Assembly: GCA_965231215.1 (NCBI GenBank)
Contig: OZ246423.1
Span: forward strand, 352,001-416,000
Direction of reading: 5' to 3'
Length of the DNA: 64,000 nt
Source of the DNA: Candidatus Altimarinota bacterium
GTDB lineage: Bacteria; Patescibacteriota; Gracilibacteria; UBA4473
In this document: one piece after another, positions 43,112 through 52,192 of the stretch
How the letters are laid out: each line of letters opens with the position of its first letter
Position numbering within the stretch: the stretch's first letter is position 1
Position numbers and translations under genes: made by a program
Notes under the pieces: generated by a model
Told to the model about the DNA's origin: nothing
What the model saw: the letters and a program-made list of their open reading frames with translations, nothing else
Databases searched by the model: none

Positions 43112-43140
43112 TGTCACAACAAAAGGACTCATTTCGTATT
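43112..43140 (+). promoter_or_regulatory. Candidate ECF-sigma promoter TGTCACA-N16-CGTATT
   Basis: Upstream of the amidase gene; same motif as at 4511-4539. Confidence 0.45.
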
Positions 43141-43208
43141 TACAACGAAGTCTATCTTTTGTTGAACAAAAAATTTGACCAATCAAATATCAAAACCTAA
43201 ACTAAATA

Positions 43209-45755
43209 TTGATGTTTAAAGAATTCCTCTTAGGAATTGTCAGCCTCTTTCCTGCTCAAAGTGATCAGCTTTTCTATGCTGAAGAGATCACTATTCCTTC
43301 GGGGCAATCAGTGATAGAAACCCCTTTTGAGTGGAATTCCGTAGTACTACTTGGAAATGAAGGCACCCCCCTTCCAAAGATCTGGCATCAAGTCAGCGAC
43401 ACTATGCACCCCTGGTACAACGCTGAAGATCACATAGGCATGCCAGAATCTCAGCTTTTAGAGTTGCTGTATGTAGGAACCCCCAGAAACAAACTAATCA
43501 TCAAATCAGAAGCCACCGTAAATGTTGTGGCTCACTTTTATAACACTCACATTGAAGGCGAAAATCAAGTGGTCTTTGATAAGTTTGATGACGATTCCAC
43601 TGATGATCCTCGAACCGGCCTTGCCAAACACACCCCCCTGACAAAACGCCCAAAATATATCACCCGAGCCCAATGGCGAGCTGATGAATCTTTACGCGTT
43701 TGGAAACCCTCTAGAGGCTTAAGTCGAGGCTTTAGATCTTCTGTCCCTGAGGCCAAAAATTTGGCTCGTTCACTGCAACCAAAAGTCATTCAAAGAACTA
43801 ATAGCAAAAACCAGCGACTCACCTGGCCCATTGAGGAAAACCAAACCATCAGAAAATTTATTGTCCATCACACCGGTGAGGTGACCGATGAAACCCGTGA
43901 CCCTTATGAACTCATGCGAGCCATTTATTACTACCACACTATTACGCGTGGGTGGGGAGATATTGGATATAACTACGTCATTGATAAACACGGAAATATT
44001 TATGAAGGCCGTGCCGGAGGCGCTACCACTGTTGGCGCTCATACCGCTTATTATAATGCTGGAACTATCGGCATCTCACTTATGGGAAACTTTGAATACG
44101 AACAGCCCACAGAAAAACAACTGCAAGTACTCAAACTCGTACTCGCCGACCACACCAACCGATTCCGTGTAGATCCAACTGCCCAAAGTTACTGGCTGGG
44201 CACTCGTGAATACAATGTAGCCGGTCATAGAGATGTCGCTCGGGTAGGGCATGGAACAGCCTGCCCTGGAAGAAATCTACACGCACTTCTACCAGAGATT
44301 AGAACTGGGGCTAAAGCCTTAGCTCTTAAACTGAAAAAAACAAACCAAAAAAGTGGAGTTGATTTTCTCTACAAATCCAAAGCCGCTCCAAAAATTCAAC
44401 GACGTGTAGACCGAACTAAAAACAAACCAAGCCCCGTAGCTCTAGCCAAACTAATCCAAAAAACTTTCGTACAAAGAGGTAAAAATACCTACCTAGAACT
44501 ACACATCAGAAACAATACTGACAAAGCCTGGAAGCGAGGAGAAAAAATCCTTGTCACTAATGTTCCTGAAGGCATGCGATTAACCAACTTTGTATCGGTT
44601 CAGCCTATTAGCGCTGGAAATACGGGTATATTCAGGTCTAGGTTATCGGTCAAAGACACACCAAACGGGATTTATCAAATCAGTTTGGAACCAAGAATTT
44701 CAACGGTGAGTCGGGATAAAGTACTTCAAAATTTTACCTACCCTATTCAGGTATCCGGAGACCGAAGCCGTCTCACTCAAAAACTCAAGAGCACCAATAC
44801 GATTAAAAAAGGCAGCAGTACCAAAAGTACTTTTAGACCTCCTAGTTTAAAAAATAGTTCTAGGGTGCAACAGCCTTCAAGTAGAACTACCCCCAAAAGC
44901 ATCAATTCAGTCGAAAACTATGGCCCAGATGTAAAAATAAAACTCAGTTTCTTTGATGAAAATTACGCCATTATAACGGCTGACAAAGACCTGCAGGTTT
45001 GGAGTAGAAACAAAATGATCGACACCATCGAGGCCAAAAAAGAAGCTCGAATTTTACCTACCAATAAACCGAGTACTTTCAAAATCGTGACTCATAATCG
45101 TGAGTGGTTGCTGCAAAATCCTCAATTTAAAACGAAAGGAATAATAACCGTAAAAAACTACAACCGAGGCCTTGGGAATATCCCTTACAATCGATTTAGA
45201 GCCCAAATAAATGTTCACAGCAATGTGGGAAAAGACTTTTATCTAGTAAACGAATTACCCCTCGAACAATACCTCTGGGGATTAGCTGAAGAGCCTTCAA
45301 CCGAACCCGATGAAAAGAAGCATGCCATCCATGTTTTGGCTCGAAGTTATGCGCTCGTTTACGCAGGCACTAAACGAAAGTTTGGAACCCCTTTCTATGA
45401 TCTAGAAGATGACCCAGCCAGTTCACAATTCTACCTAGGATATGATTGGGAAGCTTATCACCATGAACAAAAAGCTCTCGTAAACCAAACTAAAGGAGAA
45501 GTCATCATGTATGAAGGACGTCCGGTAATTGGGCCTTATTTTACACAAAGTAGTGGAGAAAGTTCCTCCAAATGGGTCACTCAATACCCTTGGACTACTG
45601 GACGGAAACTCCCATTTGATGAAGGATTAGAACCTCGAGGACACGGCGTAGGCTTATCTGGAAATTCAGCACGAGTTCTAGCAGAATCCGGCAAAACCTA
45701 TAAAGAAATATTAGATTATTTTTATACAGGGATTACCACTGGAAAAGCCTACTAA
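43209..45755 (+). CDS. PGRP/Amidase_2 N-acetylmuramoyl-L-alanine amidase fused to a SpoIID/LytB domain
   Basis: IVHHT, GWGDIGYN, IYEGR, GAHT, GHRD, TACPG; C-terminal VNELPLEQYL, ARSYA, GHGVGLS..A..LA..GK.Y.EIL.YFY. Confidence 0.9.
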   Translation: MMFKEFLLGIVSLFPAQSDQLFYAEEITIPSGQSVIETPFEWNSVVLLGNEGTPLPKIWHQVSDTMHPWYNAEDHIGMPESQLLELLYVGTPRNKLIIKSEATVNVVAHFYNTHIEGENQVVFDKFDDDSTDDPRTGLAKHTPLTKRPKYITRAQWRADESLRVWKPSRGLSRGFRSSVPEAKNLARSLQPKVIQRTNSKNQRLTWPIEENQTIRKFIVHHTGEVTDETRDPYELMRAIYYYHTITRGWGDIGYNYVIDKHGNIYEGRAGGATTVGAHTAYYNAGTIGISLMGNFEYEQPTEKQLQVLKLVLADHTNRFRVDPTAQSYWLGTREYNVAGHRDVARVGHGTACPGRNLHALLPEIRTGAKALALKLKKTNQKSGVDFLYKSKAAPKIQRRVDRTKNKPSPVALAKLIQKTFVQRGKNTYLELHIRNNTDKAWKRGEKILVTNVPEGMRLTNFVSVQPISAGNTGIFRSRLSVKDTPNGIYQISLEPRISTVSRDKVLQNFTYPIQVSGDRSRLTQKLKSTNTIKKGSSTKSTFRPPSLKNSSRVQQPSSRTTPKSINSVENYGPDVKIKLSFFDENYAIITADKDLQVWSRNKMIDTIEAKKEARILPTNKPSTFKIVTHNREWLLQNPQFKTKGIITVKNYNRGLGNIPYNRFRAQINVHSNVGKDFYLVNELPLEQYLWGLAEEPSTEPDEKKHAIHVLARSYALVYAGTKRKFGTPFYDLEDDPASSQFYLGYDWEAYHHEQKALVNQTKGEVIMYEGRPVIGPYFTQSSGESSSKWVTQYPWTTGRKLPFDEGLEPRGHGVGLSGNSARVLAESGKTYKEILDYFYTGITTGKAY

Positions 45756-45775
45756 CTTTAGGCTAAAATAATGGC

Positions 45776-46333
45776 ATGCTCACCACTTACAGAGAAAGCT
45801 ATAAAACCTTAGTAGAAACTGAACGCCATGACGGTATCCCTTTGGGCTACCTCATTGATGTGGTGATAAACCCCGACAACGGCATCTTTGCCGCCATGTG
45901 GATACAGAGTTTAGAAGATAAAGTCCTACTACTTCCCAAAGATATTGTTTTTTGGACTCATGAACACATCATCATCAATGATGAGAATGATTTAGCCACC
46001 CCCGAGAAACTACCAAGACTCAGTAATATGCTCCACAAAGAATGCGCTATTATCAATGCCCCAGTGTATAACCAGACTGAAGGAGGGTTGATTGGAAAAG
46101 TCCATGACTTTACCTTTGATACTATTTCACCAAGACTCCTCAGTATAGAAGTAAAATACGGCTTACTCGGACTCAAACGTCGAATCATTCCCCACCATAA
46201 AATTAAAAAAATTACACCCGAAGGTATTTTTATCACTGAACCTACCACCAAAATAAAAACCGAACCTGAAGAACTTGAAGATCTCAAAGAAGTACCAAAG
46301 ATAGATTACAAACAAAGAATTGACAAAAATTAA
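45776..46333 (+). CDS. PRC-barrel domain protein
   Basis: Two LG...DV.I / IGKV.DF repeats. Confidence 0.7.
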   Translation: MLTTYRESYKTLVETERHDGIPLGYLIDVVINPDNGIFAAMWIQSLEDKVLLLPKDIVFWTHEHIIINDENDLATPEKLPRLSNMLHKECAIINAPVYNQTEGGLIGKVHDFTFDTISPRLLSIEVKYGLLGLKRRIIPHHKIKKITPEGIFITEPTTKIKTEPEELEDLKEVPKIDYKQRIDKN

Positions 46334-46356
46334 AAAAAACAAAATTAGCTGCCGGT

Positions 46357-46629
46357 TTACTGATGGAGCTCTGAAATAAACATAAAGTCTTTTTCGGTCA
46401 CGGAGTAATCTGCTTCGTGAGTTTGTACTTTTACAATGACCTTTCCCCAGGAGAGAAAAATATCTGGATGGTGTTTTTGGGTTTCCGCTACCTCTGCCAC
46501 TTTAATCACAAATTCAACCGCTGTAACGTAATCTGGAAACTCAAACTGAGCTACCAAAAATTTTTCATTCCCATCATATTCCCAATCTGGAAATTCTTTG
46601 AGCCGTTCTTGGATTGCTTCTTCGTTCAT
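46357..46629 (-). CDS. Pterin-4-alpha-carbinolamine dehydratase
   Basis: AETQKHHPDI, THEA..VTEKDF. Confidence 0.9.
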   Translation of the reverse strand: MNEEAIQERLKEFPDWEYDGNEKFLVAQFEFPDYVTAVEFVIKVAEVAETQKHHPDIFLSWGKVIVKVQTHEADYSVTEKDFMFISELHQ

Positions 46630-46643
46630 AACTAAAAAATTAC

Positions 46644-46762
46644 AGGGTGTTCAAAAACAAGGAATTCAAGGAAAAATAAAATACCATAAAAAAGTGTACT
46701 ATATTGTACCCGTTTGAGGCTATTTTTTTTTGACGATGAAGTTCGTAGGTTTTCAACATCCT
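46644..46762. mobile_element. MITE-like 119-bp element
   Basis: Terminal inverted repeats AGGGTGTTCAAAA / TTTTCAACATCCT (11/13) and central GTAC-tatatt-GTAC; right end overlaps the yggT stop. Confidence 0.5.
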
Positions 46763-47072
46763 AAGCCATTAAGCGGGTTAAAAATTCGTGACTAAGAGTT
46801 ACCAAAAAATCTAAAACCAAAATAGCCACAATAGGTGATAAATCCAACATCCCAATACGGGCCCACCGGAAAGGTCTCAGCACCGGTTCTACAATCTGTC
46901 CTAAGGTTTGAAAGAATTTATTTCCTGGCCCAAGAATCCCAAATAACACTAACCAACTACAAATTACCCATCCTAAAATAGAGAAAAAAAGCAGTTGAAA
47001 AAAAATCGCTGAAAAATTCAGCAAAAAATAAATCAACTTGTACACAATGGGATTTTCCATTGGCCACACCAT
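46761..47072 (-). CDS. YggT family membrane protein
   Basis: SWL, IVEPVLRPFR, GMLDLSPIVA. Confidence 0.88.
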   Translation of the reverse strand: MVWPMENPIVYKLIYFLLNFSAIFFQLLFFSILGWVICSWLVLFGILGPGNKFFQTLGQIVEPVLRPFRWARIGMLDLSPIVAILVLDFLVTLSHEFLTRLMA

Positions 47073-47103
47073 AAGGAAATCACCTTAAATTGTAAATTTT
47101 TAC

Positions 47104-47412
47104 TTATCGGAAATCCTGGTTTTGAGAAAACCGTTCAAGAACATCCTTCAGTTCTACAAAATACTGACCAATTAATGGAAAATCCACGAGGTTAGTCAGA
47201 AGCCAAATAAGGAGGGCAAATACCACTGTCATCCCCACAATAATTCCTAAACCTCTAAAAATACCCGCCAAAAAATTATGCCACATAATTCGCCAAGGAG
47301 ACCTCAAGTATTTTATAAATTCACTCACTTGTAACTCCTTAAATGCATCACGGATAGCTTGTGCATCTTTTTCCGCACGTGTTTTTATTGGCTTTTTTGT
47401 ATTTTTCGTCAT
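47104..47412 (-). CDS. DUF5665 family membrane protein
   Basis: SPWRIMWHNFLAGIFRGLG..VG.TV, FPLIG. Confidence 0.8.
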   Translation of the reverse strand: MTKNTKKPIKTRAEKDAQAIRDAFKELQVSEFIKYLRSPWRIMWHNFLAGIFRGLGIIVGMTVVFALLIWLLTNLVDFPLIGQYFVELKDVLERFSQNQDFR

Positions 47413-47480
47413 TTTTCGCTTAATTATAGCATAAAACCCGATTTTTATCAATTATGATCTAAGGTATAATAGAGATAACT

Positions 47481-49751
47481 ATGACTAAAAAAGAAGCCCC
47501 TAAGAAGTTTAAATTTGAACCTAAAAAGATTCCCACCAATAGTGGTTGTTACCTTTATTATGATGCAGAAGACAACCTCCTTTATGTAGGCAAAGCCAAA
47601 AATCTCCGAAAGCGAGTTTCTCAATACTTTCAAAAGACCAAGCAGACCGTTAAAACTTCACTTATGGTCTCTAAAATTACGCGAATAGAGACTCAAGTAG
47701 TCAACTCAGAGATTGAAGCCCTTATCCTCGAAAATAACCTTATTAAAGAGTATAAACCTAAGTTCAATATTCTGCTCAGAGATGATAAAAATTTCACCTA
47801 TCTGAGAGTTACCAACGAAACCGAACCCAAATTAGAGATTGTACGTCGAGTGATAAAAGATGGCAGTACTTATTTTGGTCCCAAGACCTCCGGAAAAGAA
47901 TTCAAAGAAACCGTAAAATTCTGTCAAAAATTCTTTGGAGCCAAAATGGTAAAACCCAATCAAGACTACTACATCAATCAACTCATCGGCAAGGAACTTC
48001 CCCTTGAAGAGTACCAAGCCAATATGCAACGGATGAAAGCCTTCCTCCGTGGTCAGACCAAAGAAGTCATCGCCGAACTCACTGAACGCATGATGGCTTT
48101 TGCCAAAGAATCCAACTTTGAAGCCGCTGCACGTATGCGAGACACCATCCAATCCATTGATAAATCCACTCAAAAACAAACCGTAGAATTTACTGATCTC
48201 ATCGACAGAGACTTTATAAACTATCATCAAGACGGCAAAGATATTTTTTGTGTCCGAATGGCTTTCCGGCAAGGAAAATTTCGAGATCTCAACCATATAA
48301 AATTCAAAGGCGCTGAATTCAACGAGCCCTCAGAAATACTCACACAAATGCTGATGCAGTTTTACGAAAAGGTAACAGACTACCCCAGAGAAATTTTTGT
48401 CCCAGAAGCTCTAGAAAATCATCAAATTCTAGAACAATTCCTGACTGATAATTTCTTTGAAAATCAAAAAACCGAAATCTGCACACCGCAAAAAGGAGAT
48501 AAGAAAAAAATCTTAGAACTCGCCGCCAAAAACGCCAAAAACGAAGCTGAAAAAACAAAGATAGAGGAAATGAGCCAGGCTGAAAACTTTTCAAAAGCTC
48601 TCCCAGAACTTACCAAAGCCTTAAACCTCAAAGAACCTCCAAAGCGTATGGAATGCTACGATATCTCACATTTTTCTGGTACCCATACGGTGGCCTCAAT
48701 GGTGGTATTCATAAATGGGCAACCAAAAACTTCTGAATACCGTAGATTTAATATTAAGAGCCTCCCAAACGGAAAAATCAATGACTTTGCCAGTATGGAA
48801 GAAGTACTCAGTCGCCGCTTCCAGAGAACCGAGTCCGGACTCACCCAAGTCCGGACTCGGGAGGTGGTGATGAAGCCGGTTGAGACTAAAAAAGAGTGGA
48901 CTGAATATCACCGTATCCGCAAGAGTGAGCTCTTTGACCGCTACCAGCCAGAGGTTCAGTACGACCCAGAACAGAAGGATGAATTTAAAAACAAAAATCA
49001 CCCGATGGTGTTTTATCTTGGTAACCAAATTATTGGGACTGTGCGGCTCGATGAGAAACCAAAAAAGCAACTTATTATGCGGCTAATGGCAATTGATGAG
49101 CCACTACAGAGGCAAAACTACGGCTCCCAAGCTCTCAAGCTCATTGAGACCTGGGCACTAGAACAAAAATACAAGCACTTAGTGCTAAATGCCCAACCAG
49201 CAGTGATTGATTTTTATCTGAAAAACGGATTCGAAGCTGACTACTGGAAAGGCGACGCCCATTCAGATTGTGGCTGTGTGCCAATGGGTAAAGAACTCCT
49301 TGTCAAAAAAGAAAAATGGAGCCTCCCAGATCTAGTTGTCATTGATGGAGGAAAAGGACAGCTCAGTAGCACTATGAAAGTATTTAAAGATCTAAAAGTT
49401 GAAGGATTTGATCCACAAAATCAAATCATTTCGTTGGCCAAACGGGACGAACAGATTTTCCGGCCAAGCAGCCGTGAGCCCATAGAGCTAGATTTTGATA
49501 ATCCTGGACTAAAGCTCCTGCAAAGAATCCGTGATGAAGCGCATCGATTTGCCATTAGTGCCAACCGAAATCTTCGGCAAAAATCCCAGACTAAGTCCGT
49601 CCTAGATGAAGTTCCAGGCATCGGCCCAGGAAGTAAAAAGAAGTTGATGAAAGAGTTTGAAACAGTAGGAGGTATCCGTGAAGCCAGCGACCAAGACCTA
49701 CTCAAAATCATAAATAAAAAACAACTAGACAATCTCCGAAAACACCTTTGA
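47481..49751 (+). CDS. uvrC: Excinuclease ABC subunit C with inserted GNAT domain
   Basis: GIY-YIG (GCYLY..LYVGKAKNLRKRVSQYF), UVR (NFEAAARMRD), ECYDISH, LPDLVVIDGGKGQ, RIRDEAHRFA, HhH (VPGIGP). Confidence 0.96.
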   Translation: MTKKEAPKKFKFEPKKIPTNSGCYLYYDAEDNLLYVGKAKNLRKRVSQYFQKTKQTVKTSLMVSKITRIETQVVNSEIEALILENNLIKEYKPKFNILLRDDKNFTYLRVTNETEPKLEIVRRVIKDGSTYFGPKTSGKEFKETVKFCQKFFGAKMVKPNQDYYINQLIGKELPLEEYQANMQRMKAFLRGQTKEVIAELTERMMAFAKESNFEAAARMRDTIQSIDKSTQKQTVEFTDLIDRDFINYHQDGKDIFCVRMAFRQGKFRDLNHIKFKGAEFNEPSEILTQMLMQFYEKVTDYPREIFVPEALENHQILEQFLTDNFFENQKTEICTPQKGDKKKILELAAKNAKNEAEKTKIEEMSQAENFSKALPELTKALNLKEPPKRMECYDISHFSGTHTVASMVVFINGQPKTSEYRRFNIKSLPNGKINDFASMEEVLSRRFQRTESGLTQVRTREVVMKPVETKKEWTEYHRIRKSELFDRYQPEVQYDPEQKDEFKNKNHPMVFYLGNQIIGTVRLDEKPKKQLIMRLMAIDEPLQRQNYGSQALKLIETWALEQKYKHLVLNAQPAVIDFYLKNGFEADYWKGDAHSDCGCVPMGKELLVKKEKWSLPDLVVIDGGKGQLSSTMKVFKDLKVEGFDPQNQIISLAKRDEQIFRPSSREPIELDFDNPGLKLLQRIRDEAHRFAISANRNLRQKSQTKSVLDEVPGIGPGSKKKLMKEFETVGGIREASDQDLLKIINKKQLDNLRKHL
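48829..48860. repeat. Perfect 13-bp hairpin of two AGTCCGGACT units inside uvrC
   Basis: CCGAGTCCGGACT-caccca-AGTCCGGACTCGG at the 5' edge of the GNAT insertion. Confidence 0.8.
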
Positions 49752-49870
49752 AAGTCTCACGCTTAATCTTCGTATAAAAATAATCGAAAGATTAAGATTT
49801 TTTTTCGCATCAAATCTTTTTCTCTTAAATCTAACTTAAATTTTGGTAAAAGTGAGTCTGTGCCACTTAA

Positions 49871-50263
49871 TTACCCTAAATCATCGTAATATTCTACTTC
49901 AAAGGAGAGTGTCCCCCCCCACCAAGTAGTTTTTTTAAGAGGCGTTAACACCATCCCATGAATTTCATATTCTGGCAGTTTAGACATTTTCATTTTACGA
50001 TGAAAAAAATCTACAGCTACCCGCTGCATCCGCCGAATTTTTTGAGGTCCGATAGATTCAATCCCTAACACAAAACCTTGGCTAGTACGCGTTTTCACCT
50101 CTACTAAAATATAAAATTCTTCCTTTTTATCGTACGCTACAATATCTATCTCCCCTCCCTGAGCATACACATTACGATCTATGATTTTGTATGCTTTATT
50201 TTTCATAAGCCACTTAGCCGCAAATATTTCTCCTGCTTTTCCTAAATTTTTATGATCCTCCAT
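49871..50263 (-). CDS. YraN (UPF0102) family PD-(D/E)XK protein
   Basis: LGKAGE..A, GGEIDIVA, VEVKTR. Confidence 0.88.
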   Translation of the reverse strand: MEDHKNLGKAGEIFAAKWLMKNKAYKIIDRNVYAQGGEIDIVAYDKKEEFYILVEVKTRTSQGFVLGIESIGPQKIRRMQRVAVDFFHRKMKMSKLPEYEIHGMVLTPLKKTTWWGGTLSFEVEYYDDLG

Positions 50264-50623
50264 ATAGAAAATTATGAAGACTAAACACCAAAAAACACTT
50301 ATCAAAATTAATAAGTATTTAATGCTTGGTAAGTTTTAGACCAAATTGCCGTGTTCTTCCCGAACTCCTTTCCCCTAATTTTACAAGTGGGTTTTCATAC
50401 TTCCACCCCAAGGGGCGAAATGATCCGAAATCCCGTAAGGAGATGATTGGTAGAAGAAGATACGAGAAAAATCACGTACAGTTCAGTTCTGTCCTCGAAT
50501 TTATTACATCTTTGTAAATGGGTCAACCAGAGCGCGTTGACATGATCTAATTTTGTGTTCATTTAAAAACTTTCATTTTTTTATTTTTTACCTAATATCT
50601 CTCTCAGCAATTCAATTTGCAAC

Positions 50624-50699
50624 GGGCCAGTAGCTCAGAGGTTAGAGCAGGGCGCTCATAACGCCTTGGTCGCTGGTTCAATTCCAGCCTGGCCCACCA
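50624..50699 (+). tRNA. tRNA with CAT anticodon, most likely tRNA-Ile2 (lysidine)
   Basis: Acceptor GGGCCAG/CTGGCCC, loop CT-CAT-AA, GGTTCAATTCC T-arm, encoded CCA; paired 1-72 and no triple G-C anticodon stem argue against initiator. Confidence 0.9.
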
Positions 50700-50728
50700 G
50701 ACCATCATCTCAACTGTTGAAACCCTCC

Positions 50729-51388
50729 TTAGTTCCAATAGAGGAAAGTAAAAAGTAATACCCCAAAGACCTCTCTCAAGGTAAAATAGGCTTCTTTAAG
50801 GTATCGTCCTTTGTGATACTTCGCGACATGCAGATGATAATCTTTGATTCCTAGTTTTTTAGCAATCATATTGATGCGAGCCAGGTGAAAATCATTTGAG
50901 ACAAATACCAAATGCTTTTTAGAAAGTTTTGCAAACTGCAGTGTAGCCAGGGTGTTTTTACCTCCGTAATCGTAAAAAATATCTTGTTCTCTCACTCCCC
51001 TTTCTAGAGCCATATTCTTCATTACACTCACCTCATGCGCTCCATAGGTAGACTCACCACCAGAAAGAATTAAACACGACACTTGATTTTTAGCATACAA
51101 ATCCAAAGCTGATTCTGTTCTGTCGTACAAAGCATGCGAAGGCACATCCCCCCTCCATACCGCGGCTCCAAAAATGACAGCACAGCCATCGGTTTTACCG
51201 GTGAATTGACTATCATAAAAAGACCGAATATAAAAAAACGATCCTCCCAAGGCTATCACCCCTAAAAGCCCTAAAACAAAGATCACTCTCCACCAAGAGA
51301 ACTTTAATTTTTGCTCTTCGTTATAAGCTACATATAAAATCCCTCCTAAAAAGAGACTGAGGACGTAGGCAAGACGTTTAAACTTCAC
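50729..51388 (-). CDS. YdcF/SanA (DUF218) family protein
   Basis: VIFGAAV, L..R, ILSGG, EV..M, GKNT, VSNDFHLAR, RE. Confidence 0.88.
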   Translation of the reverse strand: MKFKRLAYVLSLFLGGILYVAYNEEQKLKFSWWRVIFVLGLLGVIALGGSFFYIRSFYDSQFTGKTDGCAVIFGAAVWRGDVPSHALYDRTESALDLYAKNQVSCLILSGGESTYGAHEVSVMKNMALERGVREQDIFYDYGGKNTLATLQFAKLSKKHLVFVSNDFHLARINMIAKKLGIKDYHLHVAKYHKGRYLKEAYFTLREVFGVLLFTFLYWN

Positions 51389-51487
51389 ATAAACAACATA
51401 AAAAAATTTTACGTGAGGTCAAATACCCAAAAAAAACTCCAGCTCTCCTGGTGTAGAGACTCGTTTCAAAATATCGTTAAACAGATC

Positions 51488-51964
51488 TCACTCGTTAGAT
51501 TTATTCCACACTTCTCCGGTATTAAAGGTAGAAAAATGAAGCTGATATTCTGGAGACCAGTGTTTGAGATTCTTCCAATTAAATCTATCTTCTTGTCCTT
51601 CAAATACCTCTGGAGCTTTTTCTGTATTTTTTGGTGGTGAACTGTAATAAAAAGTATTCTGCTCGGCATACTCTAAGGCTTTCACATAATCCAGTAACAC
51701 CGATTCATCTTCAATCACACAGTTATTAATGTAGTGATTCCATCCCCCCCCGTAGTCGTAACAAAGATTAATTTGTTCTACCAAAGTTAAATTACTTTCC
51801 GGTTCTGGTTTATTGAGAGCCGAATGCCAAGTCCACTTTTCTCCGTCATTAAAGGTAGAGTAATAAAGCTGATCTCCTTGAGTCCAATCTTCATAGGTTT
51901 TATAGCTAAAATAAGCCTGCGTGCTCAGGGGCAAGAAGAGAAGTCCAAATAGAATTTTTTTCAT
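51488..51964 (-). CDS. Secreted hypothetical protein
   Basis: MKK signal peptide; aromatic-rich; weak internal repeat QLYYSTFNDGEKW / QLHFSTFNTGEVW. Confidence 0.65.
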   Translation of the reverse strand: MKKILFGLLFLPLSTQAYFSYKTYEDWTQGDQLYYSTFNDGEKWTWHSALNKPEPESNLTLVEQINLCYDYGGGWNHYINNCVIEDESVLLDYVKALEYAEQNTFYYSSPPKNTEKAPEVFEGQEDRFNWKNLKHWSPEYQLHFSTFNTGEVWNKSNE

Positions 51965-52192
51965 GTATGTTTTTATTCTAAATCAATAATACGAAATAAA
52001 GAACCTTTCTATGACAGTAATTTTTAAAATTTTAAAAAACATTAATCTGACTGAACCTAAAAACATCATAGTCAGCACAAGGGTTTCATAATGTAGTTAC
52101 GCTAGTCTTATTCAAAATAACTTTCCCAACCCAGGCTCCAAAAAACCTGCTAACAAAACCAAAGAGGATAATTGAGCCTATTTCTATGCATA

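Noticed and set aside
50624-50699. tRNA as an integration site
   Set aside because: No duplicated tRNA 3' end or integrase seen nearby
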